Virus record (IMG/VR): IMGVR_UViG_3300025451_000024
Location: 1 to 41,233 of that record
DNA from: a virus
Taxonomy: Duplodnaviria > Caudoviricetes
Reading direction: 5' to 3' (one strand)
Length of the DNA: 41,233 nt
The number at the start of each line of letters is the position of its first letter. The stretch's first letter is position 1. The position numbers and the translations under genes were made by a program. Below the pieces are notes generated by a model. That model did not search any database. It was given only the letters and a program-made list of their open reading frames with translations, and was not told the origin of the DNA. Of the stretch, positions 34,073 through 41,233 are shown piece after piece.

Positions 34073-35369
34073 ACCCAAGCTCGACATCGGCCTGACGGAC
34101 AAGCAACTCGAGAGCGTACGCGAGTCGACCGCGGCATACAACATCTGGGAAGGAGCGGTGTCGTCGGGCAAGACGGTCGGCTCGCTCTACCGCTGGATCA
34201 TGTTCGTGCTCAACACGATGGACCTCGGGGGCGAGCTAGTCATGACGGGCCGCACCAGGGACTCCGTGTGGCGTAACAACGTGCTGCCCATGATGGAGCA
34301 GTACCCCGGGGTTGTGCTCGGCAACCTGGGAGCACCCACTTGCCGCATCGCCGGGCGCGTGGTGCACATCGTTGGCGCCAGCGACATCAAGGCCGAGGCC
34401 GTCATCCGAGGCATGACCATCCTGGGCGCCTACGCCGATGAAGTGACGACCCTGCCCAAAGAGTACTTCCAGATGCTGCTGTCGCGCTTGCGGGTAACCG
34501 GGCGCAAGGGGGGTCTCGCCTCCAAGCTGTTCGCCACCACCAACCCCGACCAACCGAGGCACTGGTTCAAGGTCGACTATCTCGACAACCCCCGGGCCTC
34601 GGCCGAATGGCGCCGATTCCACTTCACGATCAACGACAACCCCCGTCTGTCCAAGGAGTACATCCGCAAGCTCGACAGCCAATACACCGGGGTATGGCAC
34701 GACCGATTCATCAAGGGGTTGTGGGTCGCCGCCGAGGGCGCCATCTGGGGCAGCTTCGACCGGTCCAAGCACGTGGTCGACACCGACCTCATGCCTCCGA
34801 TGGAGCGCGTGCTCGGGGTCGGTATCGACTACGGCACCGTCCACCGAACCGCGGGGATGCTGCTCGGCTACGCCAAGAACCGGCTCTGGGTCATGGACGA
34901 ATGGGCTCCCCCGGTCGGGCTCGCCCCATCCCAGTACAGCCTCCACTTCCGTACCTGGCGCGACAAGCTCGGTGACGAACCAGAATGGGTGTGGGTCGAC
35001 CCGGCCGCGCGCGACTTCCGCGAGCAGCTGTACTACGACGGGGTCAGCAATGCGGCCAAAGCCTTCAACGCCGTGGTGCCCGGCATCCGGATCGTGAACT
35101 CCATGCTCGCCACCGACCGACTGATGATCTGCGAGAAGGCGAAAGAGCTGATCGACGAGATGCCCGGCTACGTCTGGGACAGCAAGGCCGCCGAGCGAGG
35201 CGAGGAGTCGCCTGTCAAGGAGAATGATGACTTCTGCGATGCGCTGCGCTACGTGGTGCAGTCGAGTCAGGCCTCCTGGCGGTCCCTCATCCCCATCCAT
35301 ACGCTTGTCGGCGACGCCGAGCAGGCCCTCCCCAAGACGCTCGAATATACAGACGCCTGGCGGGCCTAG
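34062..35369 (+). CDS. Terminase large subunit (PBSX-like)
   Basis: Walker A GAVSSGKT, Walker B AYADE, TTNPD.P.HW, GIDYG, VDPAA, D...DALRY. Confidence 0.95.
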   Translation: MTTEPKLDIGLTDKQLESVRESTAAYNIWEGAVSSGKTVGSLYRWIMFVLNTMDLGGELVMTGRTRDSVWRNNVLPMMEQYPGVVLGNLGAPTCRIAGRVVHIVGASDIKAEAVIRGMTILGAYADEVTTLPKEYFQMLLSRLRVTGRKGGLASKLFATTNPDQPRHWFKVDYLDNPRASAEWRRFHFTINDNPRLSKEYIRKLDSQYTGVWHDRFIKGLWVAAEGAIWGSFDRSKHVVDTDLMPPMERVLGVGIDYGTVHRTAGMLLGYAKNRLWVMDEWAPPVGLAPSQYSLHFRTWRDKLGDEPEWVWVDPAARDFREQLYYDGVSNAAKAFNAVVPGIRIVNSMLATDRLMICEKAKELIDEMPGYVWDSKAAERGEESPVKENDDFCDALRYVVQSSQASWRSLIPIHTLVGDAEQALPKTLEYTDAWRA

Positions 35370-35400
35370 CCGCGCCCTCGGGTTGGAGTACGATGGTCGC

Positions 35401-35493
35401 ATGCAACCTACCTACCTTGCCCTGGTCGAGCGGCTATCGCTGGTCACGGCGCTCGCTGCTCTGGCCCTCATGCTGGCCCTGGTGTTCCTATGA
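35401..35493 (+). CDS. 30-aa membrane peptide
   Basis: MQPTYLALVERLSLVTALAALALMLALVFL; ATGA overlap with the GT25 gene; TACGAT-N6-ATG upstream. Confidence 0.55.
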   Translation: MQPTYLALVERLSLVTALAALALMLALVFL

Positions 35494-36179
35494 TCCCCAC
35501 CTACGTCATCAACCTCGATCGCCACCCCGATCGCATGCGCCAGATGGAAGAGATCTGGGGCTCCGACATCATTCGTGTCCCCGCTGTCGACGGCTCGGCC
35601 CGCGACCCGGAAGCCATCTGGGGGTTCGCTGTCGACGCCGCGAGCACCCCCGGCCAAGACGTCGAGCGCGTCACGCTCAAGTACTGGCAGCGCACCTATG
35701 GGTGCTACTGGTCGCACATCAAGGCGCTGAACGCGGCGCTCGACGGCGGCCACGACCGGTTCATGATCCTGGAAGACGACGCCCGACCCCGGGGCAACAT
35801 GGACGACCCGAGCCGCCCTCAGGACGGCGTGCTCATCTGGGGCGGGGCGCTCAAGGGCGGCAGCTACACGACGCACCACCGACGGGCCGCGGACCCCAAC
35901 CCGCCGACCGGCTGGCACCGCATCCAGGGCTTGAAGGATGCCCGGCTCCGGTACCAGTCGCACGCCACCGAGTATCCGCGACTGCTCGCGCTCGACTGGC
36001 AGATGGTGATTCTCGAGAACCCTGAGAGCTATGACATCTCGTGGTGGCAGGCCATGGTCGCGGTCCCAACCTACGTGCCTGGGGTCGAGCAGGTCTATCA
36101 GGAGCTCGACTTGGGCAGCGCCAGGCGCCGCGCAGACAAGCAGAAGCTGATCGCCGAGGGCGTGCCCTTCCGCTGGTAG
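35490..36179 (+). CDS. Glycosyltransferase family 25
   Basis: YVINLDR..DR, AVDG, GCY.SH, ILEDDA signature motifs. Confidence 0.85.
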   Translation: MIPTYVINLDRHPDRMRQMEEIWGSDIIRVPAVDGSARDPEAIWGFAVDAASTPGQDVERVTLKYWQRTYGCYWSHIKALNAALDGGHDRFMILEDDARPRGNMDDPSRPQDGVLIWGGALKGGSYTTHHRRAADPNPPTGWHRIQGLKDARLRYQSHATEYPRLLALDWQMVILENPESYDISWWQAMVAVPTYVPGVEQVYQELDLGSARRRADKQKLIAEGVPFRW

Positions 36180-36189
36180 CCTTGCGTCC

Positions 36190-37740
36190 ATGGAGCTTAC
36201 TGACGGTATGGACTGGCCCCCGACGCCAGGCGAGGTCCAGGCGTCGCTGTCCGAGTGGGATGCGTGGTATCGGGGCAGTGCCGACCGGCTGGATGCCGTC
36301 TATGGACAGCGCACGTTCGGTGTCCGCCCCTCCCAGCTGGCGGGCGGTCTGGTCGGCGGCGTGGGCCGGTTCCTGTGGGGGAACCCGGTGCCCCAGACCA
36401 AGAAGTACCGCATGCATCTGCCCCTCGCGGCCGATATCGCCAGCGCAAGCTCGGACCTCCTGTTCGGCCAAGAGACGCCCATCGTGTTCCCCGACGCGAG
36501 CAAGGCCGCCCGCGACCGGATGCAGCTGGTCATGGAGGGCAACGGCTGGCAATCCCTTCTGGCCGAGTCGGGCGAGTTGGCCTCGGCGCTCGGGGGCACG
36601 TACCTCCGGGCCGGGTGGGACGCCGACGTGGCCGACCACGCCCTGATCACGACGATGGACGCCGACGCGGCCGTACCCGAGTTCCAGTACGGCCGACTCG
36701 TCGAGGTCACCTTCTGGACCGTCGTCGACAAGAGCGGACACGTGGTTCGGCGCTATCTCGAGACGCACCGGCCCGGCAGTGTCGAGCCGTCCTTGTGGGA
36801 GGGAACCAAGGACAAGCTCGGCCGCCGCATCCCCCTCGCCGAGTCCACCTTCAGCGCGGGCGTGGCCGCGACCGTAGACGGGGAGGGCCGGGTCGCGACC
36901 GGCATCAAGGGCCTGACCGCGGCGTACGTGCCGAACATCCGGCCCGCCCCCGTTTGGCGAGGTATCAGGGAGGCCCGGCACCTCGGCCGGAGCGACTTTG
37001 GCGCTCACGGGGTGCTCGACCTGTTCAACGCGATCGACGAGACCTGGACCTCCTGGATGCGCGACCTTCGGCACGCCCGGTCCCGCATCTTTGCCTCTCG
37101 GTCGGTGCTGGAGGGCCGCGGCTCGGGGGGCGGGGCCATGTTCGACAGCGACCGCGAGATCTATGAGTCGGTGAACCTGCCCCCCGGCGAGGACCCGGCG
37201 CTGTCCAAGATGATCCAGGCGCAGCAGTTCGCCATCCGGGTCGAGGAGCACAGCCGCACCATCAAGGAACTGACGCTCGCGGCGGTCAGTTCGTGCGGCT
37301 ACTCGGGCTCGACGTTCGGGCTCGACAATGAGGTCACCAAGACGGCCACCGAGGTAGGCGCGGTTCGGCAGCGCACCGCGTCGACGTACGAGAAGAAGAC
37401 GCGCTACTGGACGCCCGCGATCGAGCAGTTCCTCCGGACGGTCGCCGAGCTTGACGCCGTCCAGTTCCGTAGCCCCCTGGCGAGCCTGGGAGAGGTGAAG
37501 GTCGAATTCCCGCCGACGAGTACCCCGAGTCAGCTCGAGCTCGCCCAGACGGCCGTCGCCCTGAAGGGGGCCGGGGCCGCGAGCACCAAGACCCTGGTGG
37601 CCCTGGTGCACCCCGACTGGGATGGCGATCAGGTCACCGAAGAGGTCGGCCTCATCCTGTCCGAGGCCGAGCCCGCCCCGGCCGCCGAACTACCGCCCGG
37701 GGAGGACCCGGCGCTGCCCGACGATGCTCCTGAGACATGA
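36190..37740 (+). CDS. Portal protein (SPP1/A118-like)
   Basis: WPP...W.AWY.G, H.PLA.DIA..S.DLLF, G.SD, IDE..TSWMRD, Q..IRVEEH. Confidence 0.9.
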   Translation: MELTDGMDWPPTPGEVQASLSEWDAWYRGSADRLDAVYGQRTFGVRPSQLAGGLVGGVGRFLWGNPVPQTKKYRMHLPLAADIASASSDLLFGQETPIVFPDASKAARDRMQLVMEGNGWQSLLAESGELASALGGTYLRAGWDADVADHALITTMDADAAVPEFQYGRLVEVTFWTVVDKSGHVVRRYLETHRPGSVEPSLWEGTKDKLGRRIPLAESTFSAGVAATVDGEGRVATGIKGLTAAYVPNIRPAPVWRGIREARHLGRSDFGAHGVLDLFNAIDETWTSWMRDLRHARSRIFASRSVLEGRGSGGGAMFDSDREIYESVNLPPGEDPALSKMIQAQQFAIRVEEHSRTIKELTLAAVSSCGYSGSTFGLDNEVTKTATEVGAVRQRTASTYEKKTRYWTPAIEQFLRTVAELDAVQFRSPLASLGEVKVEFPPTSTPSQLELAQTAVALKGAGAASTKTLVALVHPDWDGDQVTEEVGLILSEAEPAPAAELPPGEDPALPDDAPET

Positions 37741-38777
37741 CCGTCAGGGGCCTTCTTAGTGGGAGCCTGGCGGCGCTCTACGAGCAATCGCAACTCGAGA
37801 TACTCGGCCTCATCGCGAAACGCTTGGCTCGCGGCTCGACTGCACCAGACTGGGCGCTCGACAAGCTTCTGGAGCTTGCCTACCTACAGCAGGATGCGCG
37901 AAAGGTAGTCAAGCGCACCCGGAGACAGGCTCTCGAGCAGATGGCGGCCCTCATCAGCGACACATACGGTACGGCCGCATCCAACGCCATCCTGAGCAGC
38001 CTCGGGTCGCGGTCCCTCCAGCCGGGGCGGGGCGTCGTCAGCGAGGCCCAGCGGGTTCTCGTTGACGAGGCGGGTCGGTTCATCAACCGATCGAGCGTCC
38101 AGATCTTGCGGTCGGTCGACGACATCTATCGGGAGGTCATCACTCAGGCGAGCGGGGCCGAGCTTACGGGCACGCATACCCGCGTTCAGGTGATGCAAAG
38201 GTCGCTCGACCGGTTCGCCGACCGAGGCGTAACGGGGTTCGTCGACCGGCGCGGCCGACACTGGGAGATGCAGGCCTACGTGGACATGGCGGTTCGCACC
38301 GTTACGCACCACGCCAGCACTCAGGGGCACCTGGATAGCCTGGTCGCGAACGGCAACGATCTCGTCATCGTCAGTGACCACAAGGGCGAGTGCCCGACCT
38401 GCCGGAAGTGGGAGGGCACGGTGCTCAGCATCAGTGGTGCCGACCCCGACCGGCCCTCGGTGGCGCAAGCCCGGTCCGAAGGGCTGGAACACCCGGGGTG
38501 CCGCCACCGGTACGGCATCTATCTGCCCGGCATCACGCGGCTGCCCGAGCCGCAAGGCAAGCCCGAGGACTACGAACTCATCCAGAAGCAGCGCGGCATG
38601 GAGCGCAAGGTTCGGGCTCTCAAGCGCCGCGAGGCCGTGGCAGTGACACCCGAGGCCAAGGCCGACGCCCGGCGCAAGCTGAGGGACGAGCAGGCCCGTC
38701 TGAGGGAGCACGTCGCCGCGCACGACCTGAAGCGCCGTAGCGATCGCGAGCGCGTGATGGAGGGCAGGGCAGGCTAG
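37737..38777 (+). CDS. Minor capsid protein (MuF-like)
   Basis: G.TGFVDRRGR.W...Y..MA.RT, SDH..EC..C..WEG, HP.CRH. Confidence 0.85.
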   Translation: MTVRGLLSGSLAALYEQSQLEILGLIAKRLARGSTAPDWALDKLLELAYLQQDARKVVKRTRRQALEQMAALISDTYGTAASNAILSSLGSRSLQPGRGVVSEAQRVLVDEAGRFINRSSVQILRSVDDIYREVITQASGAELTGTHTRVQVMQRSLDRFADRGVTGFVDRRGRHWEMQAYVDMAVRTVTHHASTQGHLDSLVANGNDLVIVSDHKGECPTCRKWEGTVLSISGADPDRPSVAQARSEGLEHPGCRHRYGIYLPGITRLPEPQGKPEDYELIQKQRGMERKVRALKRREAVAVTPEAKADARRKLRDEQARLREHVAAHDLKRRSDRERVMEGRAG

Positions 38778-38836
38778 GCCGGGGCGTATTGCTAAGCTGG
38801 GGGCGCCACCAAGGGCACCGAATAGAGGAGCACATC

Positions 38837-38959
38837 ATGCGCCGTAAGATCATCGCCGTCGCCGTCATCCTGCTCGCGATCGGGGGCGTCACCGCCACCA
38901 GCGCGAGCCACGCCGTCCCGCAGGCCGGAGGCCCCGGGGAGTGGCCGCTCGCCAAGTGA
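38837..38959 (+). CDS. 40-aa secreted peptide precursor (not in ORF track)
   Basis: AGAGGAG RBS; MRRKIIAVAVILLAIGGVTATSASHA signal-like sequence then VPQAGGPGEWPLAK. Confidence 0.65.
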   Translation: MRRKIIAVAVILLAIGGVTATSASHAVPQAGGPGEWPLAK

Positions 38960-39105
38960 CACTAGCCGGGTAGCTCGCGGGGGTATGCTGACTCCATGAG
39001 CTACCCGGTGCGCCCGCTGTCCTCGATAGCCGCGGCGAGCGTTGCGCTGGATGCCGGCGCGCACCACCTGCTGACGCGAGCGCTGCGCACCGCAGGAAGG
39101 AATGC

Positions 39106-39297
39106 GTGATGGTCAGGATGAAAGTCAAGCACCCGCGATGCAAGAGGCCTGAGTGCGGCGTGCTGATCCCGACGTACCGATCGAGCGGGCTCTGCTCCGT
39201 GCACACCCCGCGTCCGCCGTACCGTCGTGACCCAGCCATCGAGCGCATGAACAACATCGTGGCCGAGATGATGCTGGCGCACGCCCAGCGCCGATGA
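39106..39297 (+). CDS. Small Cys/His protein
   Basis: GGAAGG RBS; CKRPECG...LCSVH. Confidence 0.6.
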   Translation: MMVRMKVKHPRCKRPECGVLIPTYRSSGLCSVHTPRPPYRRDPAIERMNNIVAEMMLAHAQRR

Positions 39298-39370
39298 ACC
39301 AACCGCCGTGGGCAGGACGTCGAGCAGCCGGAGCGCTCAAGCGCGTACGTGAGTCATGGCGGGCAACCTT

Positions 39371-39733
39371 TCAGCGCTTGGTGAGGAACGGGCGGAGCAT
39401 GTCGCGCATCTCGTCCAGGGAGTCCAGCGGGCGAGTCATGGTCGAGTCGGTGTTCGGGTATCGGCGCGCCCGATAGGCGTCGAGTGCGGCAGACACGTCG
39501 ATGGCTTCCTTCTCCAAGAGCTTGATGGAGTAGCCGAGTGGCGCTCGGGCAGCGCTCCACGTGCCGTCCGAGCCTGCGCTCCATGGCACCTCCACGGTCT
39601 TTACGACACCCTCGCGGGTGATGCTCGTCACGCGGCCAGCAGTGACCTGGGTGCGAGTCTCGGGAGCTTCCCCGACGTAGAAGTCTCGGACAGTCTGGAC
39701 GATGACGGCCAGGTCTCCACGCTTGGCTTTCAT
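39371..39733 (-). CDS. Hypothetical protein in inverted early cassette
   Basis: GAAAGGTTGCC RBS as in early repeats; 120 aa. Confidence 0.75.
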   Translation of the reverse strand: MKAKRGDLAVIVQTVRDFYVGEAPETRTQVTAGRVTSITREGVVKTVEVPWSAGSDGTWSAARAPLGYSIKLLEKEAIDVSAALDAYRARRYPNTDSTMTRPLDSLDEMRDMLRPFLTKR

Positions 39734-39770
39734 TGGGGGCAACCTTTCGAGTCGGAGTAGAGCCGCATGC

Positions 39771-39932
39771 TCATCGCAGGGCCTCGTTCTTGGTGAAGTC
39801 GGGCGTGAGGGCGGCCAGCTGGCCCACCAGCTCGGCCAGGGTGGGGAGGCTGGCCTGGCGCTCGGCCCGCCATTCGGCGTGCTCGGTGCGGGGGTCGCGG
39901 ACCAGGATACCGGCGCGGTCGATGTTAAGCAT
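39771..39932 (-). CDS. 53-aa hypothetical protein (not in ORF track), first gene of inverted cassette
   Basis: MLNIDRAGILVRDPRTEHAEW...; follows repeat copy 5 RBS GAAAGGAG. Confidence 0.7.
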   Translation of the reverse strand: MLNIDRAGILVRDPRTEHAEWRAERQASLPTLAELVGQLAALTPDFTKNEALR

Positions 39933-39939
39933 TTCTTAG

Positions 39940-39998
39940 CTCCTTTCGGGTAGTTCGTTGCTAAGGGCAACTATGCCACTTCTTCTCCCCAAGCGCAA
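39940..39998 (-). promoter_or_regulatory. Repeat copy 5: promoter + palindrome + RBS
   Basis: TTGCGC-N17-CATAGT, GTTGCCCTTAGCAAC, CTACCCGAAAGGAG. Confidence 0.85.
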
Positions 39999-40127
39999 CC
40001 ACCCTTGGGATCACGACCGATTCCCCGCGCAAGCGGACGCCGAACATCCCGGTCCAGTGGGTTGGTGCGCCGTACCCCGTTCTGGTCCACACCGAGCTAC
40101 TCGTACGGGAGGGCTGACATACGAGCG

Positions 40128-40156
40128 AGACCCGCCGACCTTGGTTCGGCGGGTCT
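40128..40156 (+). terminator. Hairpin upstream of scaffolding gene
   Basis: 11-bp stem AGACCCGCCGA / TCGGCGGGTCT. Confidence 0.6.
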
Positions 40157-40174
40157 TAGCGCTATGCTGTTCCC

Positions 40175-40906
40175 ATGTCAGCTCAGCCATTCTTCATCCC
40201 GGGGGCTCCCGCCGAGCTCCTCAAGATCATCAACGATCGCCGCGCGACCATACCGCGCGGGATGACCATGACCGCGGGACCCGCCGAGGGTGCCCCGGCC
40301 GAGCAGCAGGGCAAGCCCGCCGAGGGCAAGCCCGCCGAGCAGCAGGGCAAGCCCGCCGAGCAGCAGGGCGGCAAGCCCGCCGACCCGCCCAAGGACGAAA
40401 CCCCCGAGCAGAAGATCGCCCGGCTGGAAGCGACCCTGGCGAGCGTGCGCGACGACAGCGCCCGGAAGCGCCTCAACGCCAAGGAGCAGGCGGCCGCCGA
40501 CCGCGAGTCCGAGGTCACGAACCGCATCCTCCAGGCCCTCGGACTCGGCAAGGATGGCGAGAAGGTCGTCAACGCCGACGAGCTTCTGGCCAAGCTAACC
40601 GCCGAGCAGGCCAAGAACAAGTCCCTCCAGATGCGCGAGGCCGTGCGCGACGCGGTCAGTGACGCCACCGAGGCGGGCCGACTGCTCAAGAACACTGACT
40701 TCCTGTCGGCGATCGAGGGCCTGGAGCCCGGCGATTCGACTGGCATCAAGAAGGCCGTCACCGATACGCTGACGGCGAATCCGTGGCTCAAGTCCGCGCC
40801 GGGTGCGCAGGGCAAGAGCGGCACCGATATGTCCGGCGGGACCGGGGATGGTGCAAAGGCCAAGGCCGCGACCTTGGAGCAAGCGATCCAGGCTCGCTAC
40901 GCCTGA
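40175..40906 (+). CDS. Head scaffolding protein
   Basis: Directly before the capsid gene; GKPAEQQ repeats, coiled coil, NPWLK, LEQAIQARY C-terminus. Confidence 0.85.
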   Translation: MSAQPFFIPGAPAELLKIINDRRATIPRGMTMTAGPAEGAPAEQQGKPAEGKPAEQQGKPAEQQGGKPADPPKDETPEQKIARLEATLASVRDDSARKRLNAKEQAAADRESEVTNRILQALGLGKDGEKVVNADELLAKLTAEQAKNKSLQMREAVRDAVSDATEAGRLLKNTDFLSAIEGLEPGDSTGIKKAVTDTLTANPWLKSAPGAQGKSGTDMSGGTGDGAKAKAATLEQAIQARYA

Positions 40907-40926
40907 CTCCCTGAAAGGACCCCGCA

Positions 40927-41233
40927 ATGCCCGTTTCCCTGGCGCAAGCCTCCCAGAACACGACCGACGATTTGGACCTCCAGGTCATCGACGAATTCCG
41001 CAAGTCGTCTTGGTTGCTCGACCGGCTCACGTTCGATGACGTCGTCAACCCGGCCGGTGGTGGCTCGTCCCTCACCTACGGCTACCGGCGCTTGTCGACT
41101 CAGCCGACCGCCGCATTCCGTGCGGTGAACAGCGAGTACGTGCCGACCGAGGTCAGCACGACCCGCCACACCGTGGACCTCAAGGTGCTCGGCGGCAGCT
41201 TCCAGATCGACCGCATCTTGGCCAAGATCGGCC
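40927..41233 (+). CDS. Major capsid protein, N-terminal part (runs off the window end)
   Basis: GAAAGGA RBS; MPVSLAQA...VIDEFRKSS.LLD.L.FDD.V.P.GGG..LTYGY.R...LGGSFQIDR, open to 41233. Confidence 0.9.
   Translation, partial: MPVSLAQASQNTTDDLDLQVIDEFRKSSWLLDRLTFDDVVNPAGGGSSLTYGYRRLSTQPTAAFRAVNSEYVPTEVSTTRHTVDLKVLGGSFQIDRILAKIG

Noticed and set aside
38996-39109. 37-aa ORF MSYPVRPLSS... after a TATGCT box
   Set aside because: Plausible leaderless start and GTGA coupling, but no recognisable protein features; not listed as a CDS
39990-40160. Structured ncRNA or ribozyme (CCGC-GCAA-GCGG GNRA hairpin and imperfect long-range pairing)
   Set aside because: No recognisable ribozyme or riboswitch core and no clear promoter; a start-less coding remnant explains the stretch at least as well; not fully excluded without a covariance search
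79-41169. Many long overlapping or antisense ORFs in the track (e.g. 79-861, 7823-9445, 35851-37611)
   Set aside because: Arg/Gly/Pro-rich shadow frames expected in high-GC DNA, overlapping well-supported genes
1-41233. Integrase, repressor, attP, tRNA genes, reverse transcriptase/DGR
   Set aside because: No recognisable motifs or cloverleaf structures found by eye

Overview
This window is a nearly complete, circularly permuted genome (~41.2 kb, high GC) of a tailed siphovirus-type phage, most likely infecting an actinobacterium. The window starts and ends inside the major capsid gene. The + strand carries packaging, head, tail and lysis genes (33469-41233, continuing 1-14898). The - strand carries a replication module (VRR-NUC, SNF2 helicase, VirE primase-helicase, Cas4-like DUF2800, DUF2815 SSB, family A DNA polymerase) and an early region built from repeated promoter cassettes. 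I found no integrase or repressor, so it is probably lytic. Main points of interest: (1) a translationally coupled operon of DNA polymerase, aGPT-Pplase1, thymidylate-synthase-like/Nmad1 fusion and a glycosyltransferase, with no recognisable 5hmU DNA kinase, suggesting an uncharacterised thymidine hypermodification; (2) an endolysin with a C-terminal EEP phosphodiesterase domain; (3) a GT25 glycosyltransferase between terminase and portal; (4) five copies of a promoter/palindrome/RBS element defining gene cassettes, one inverted inside the head operon; (5) recurrent leaderless promoters, an iteron-like origin candidate, a predicted pseudoknot and a small secreted-peptide gene. All family calls come from motif recognition by eye, not database searches.
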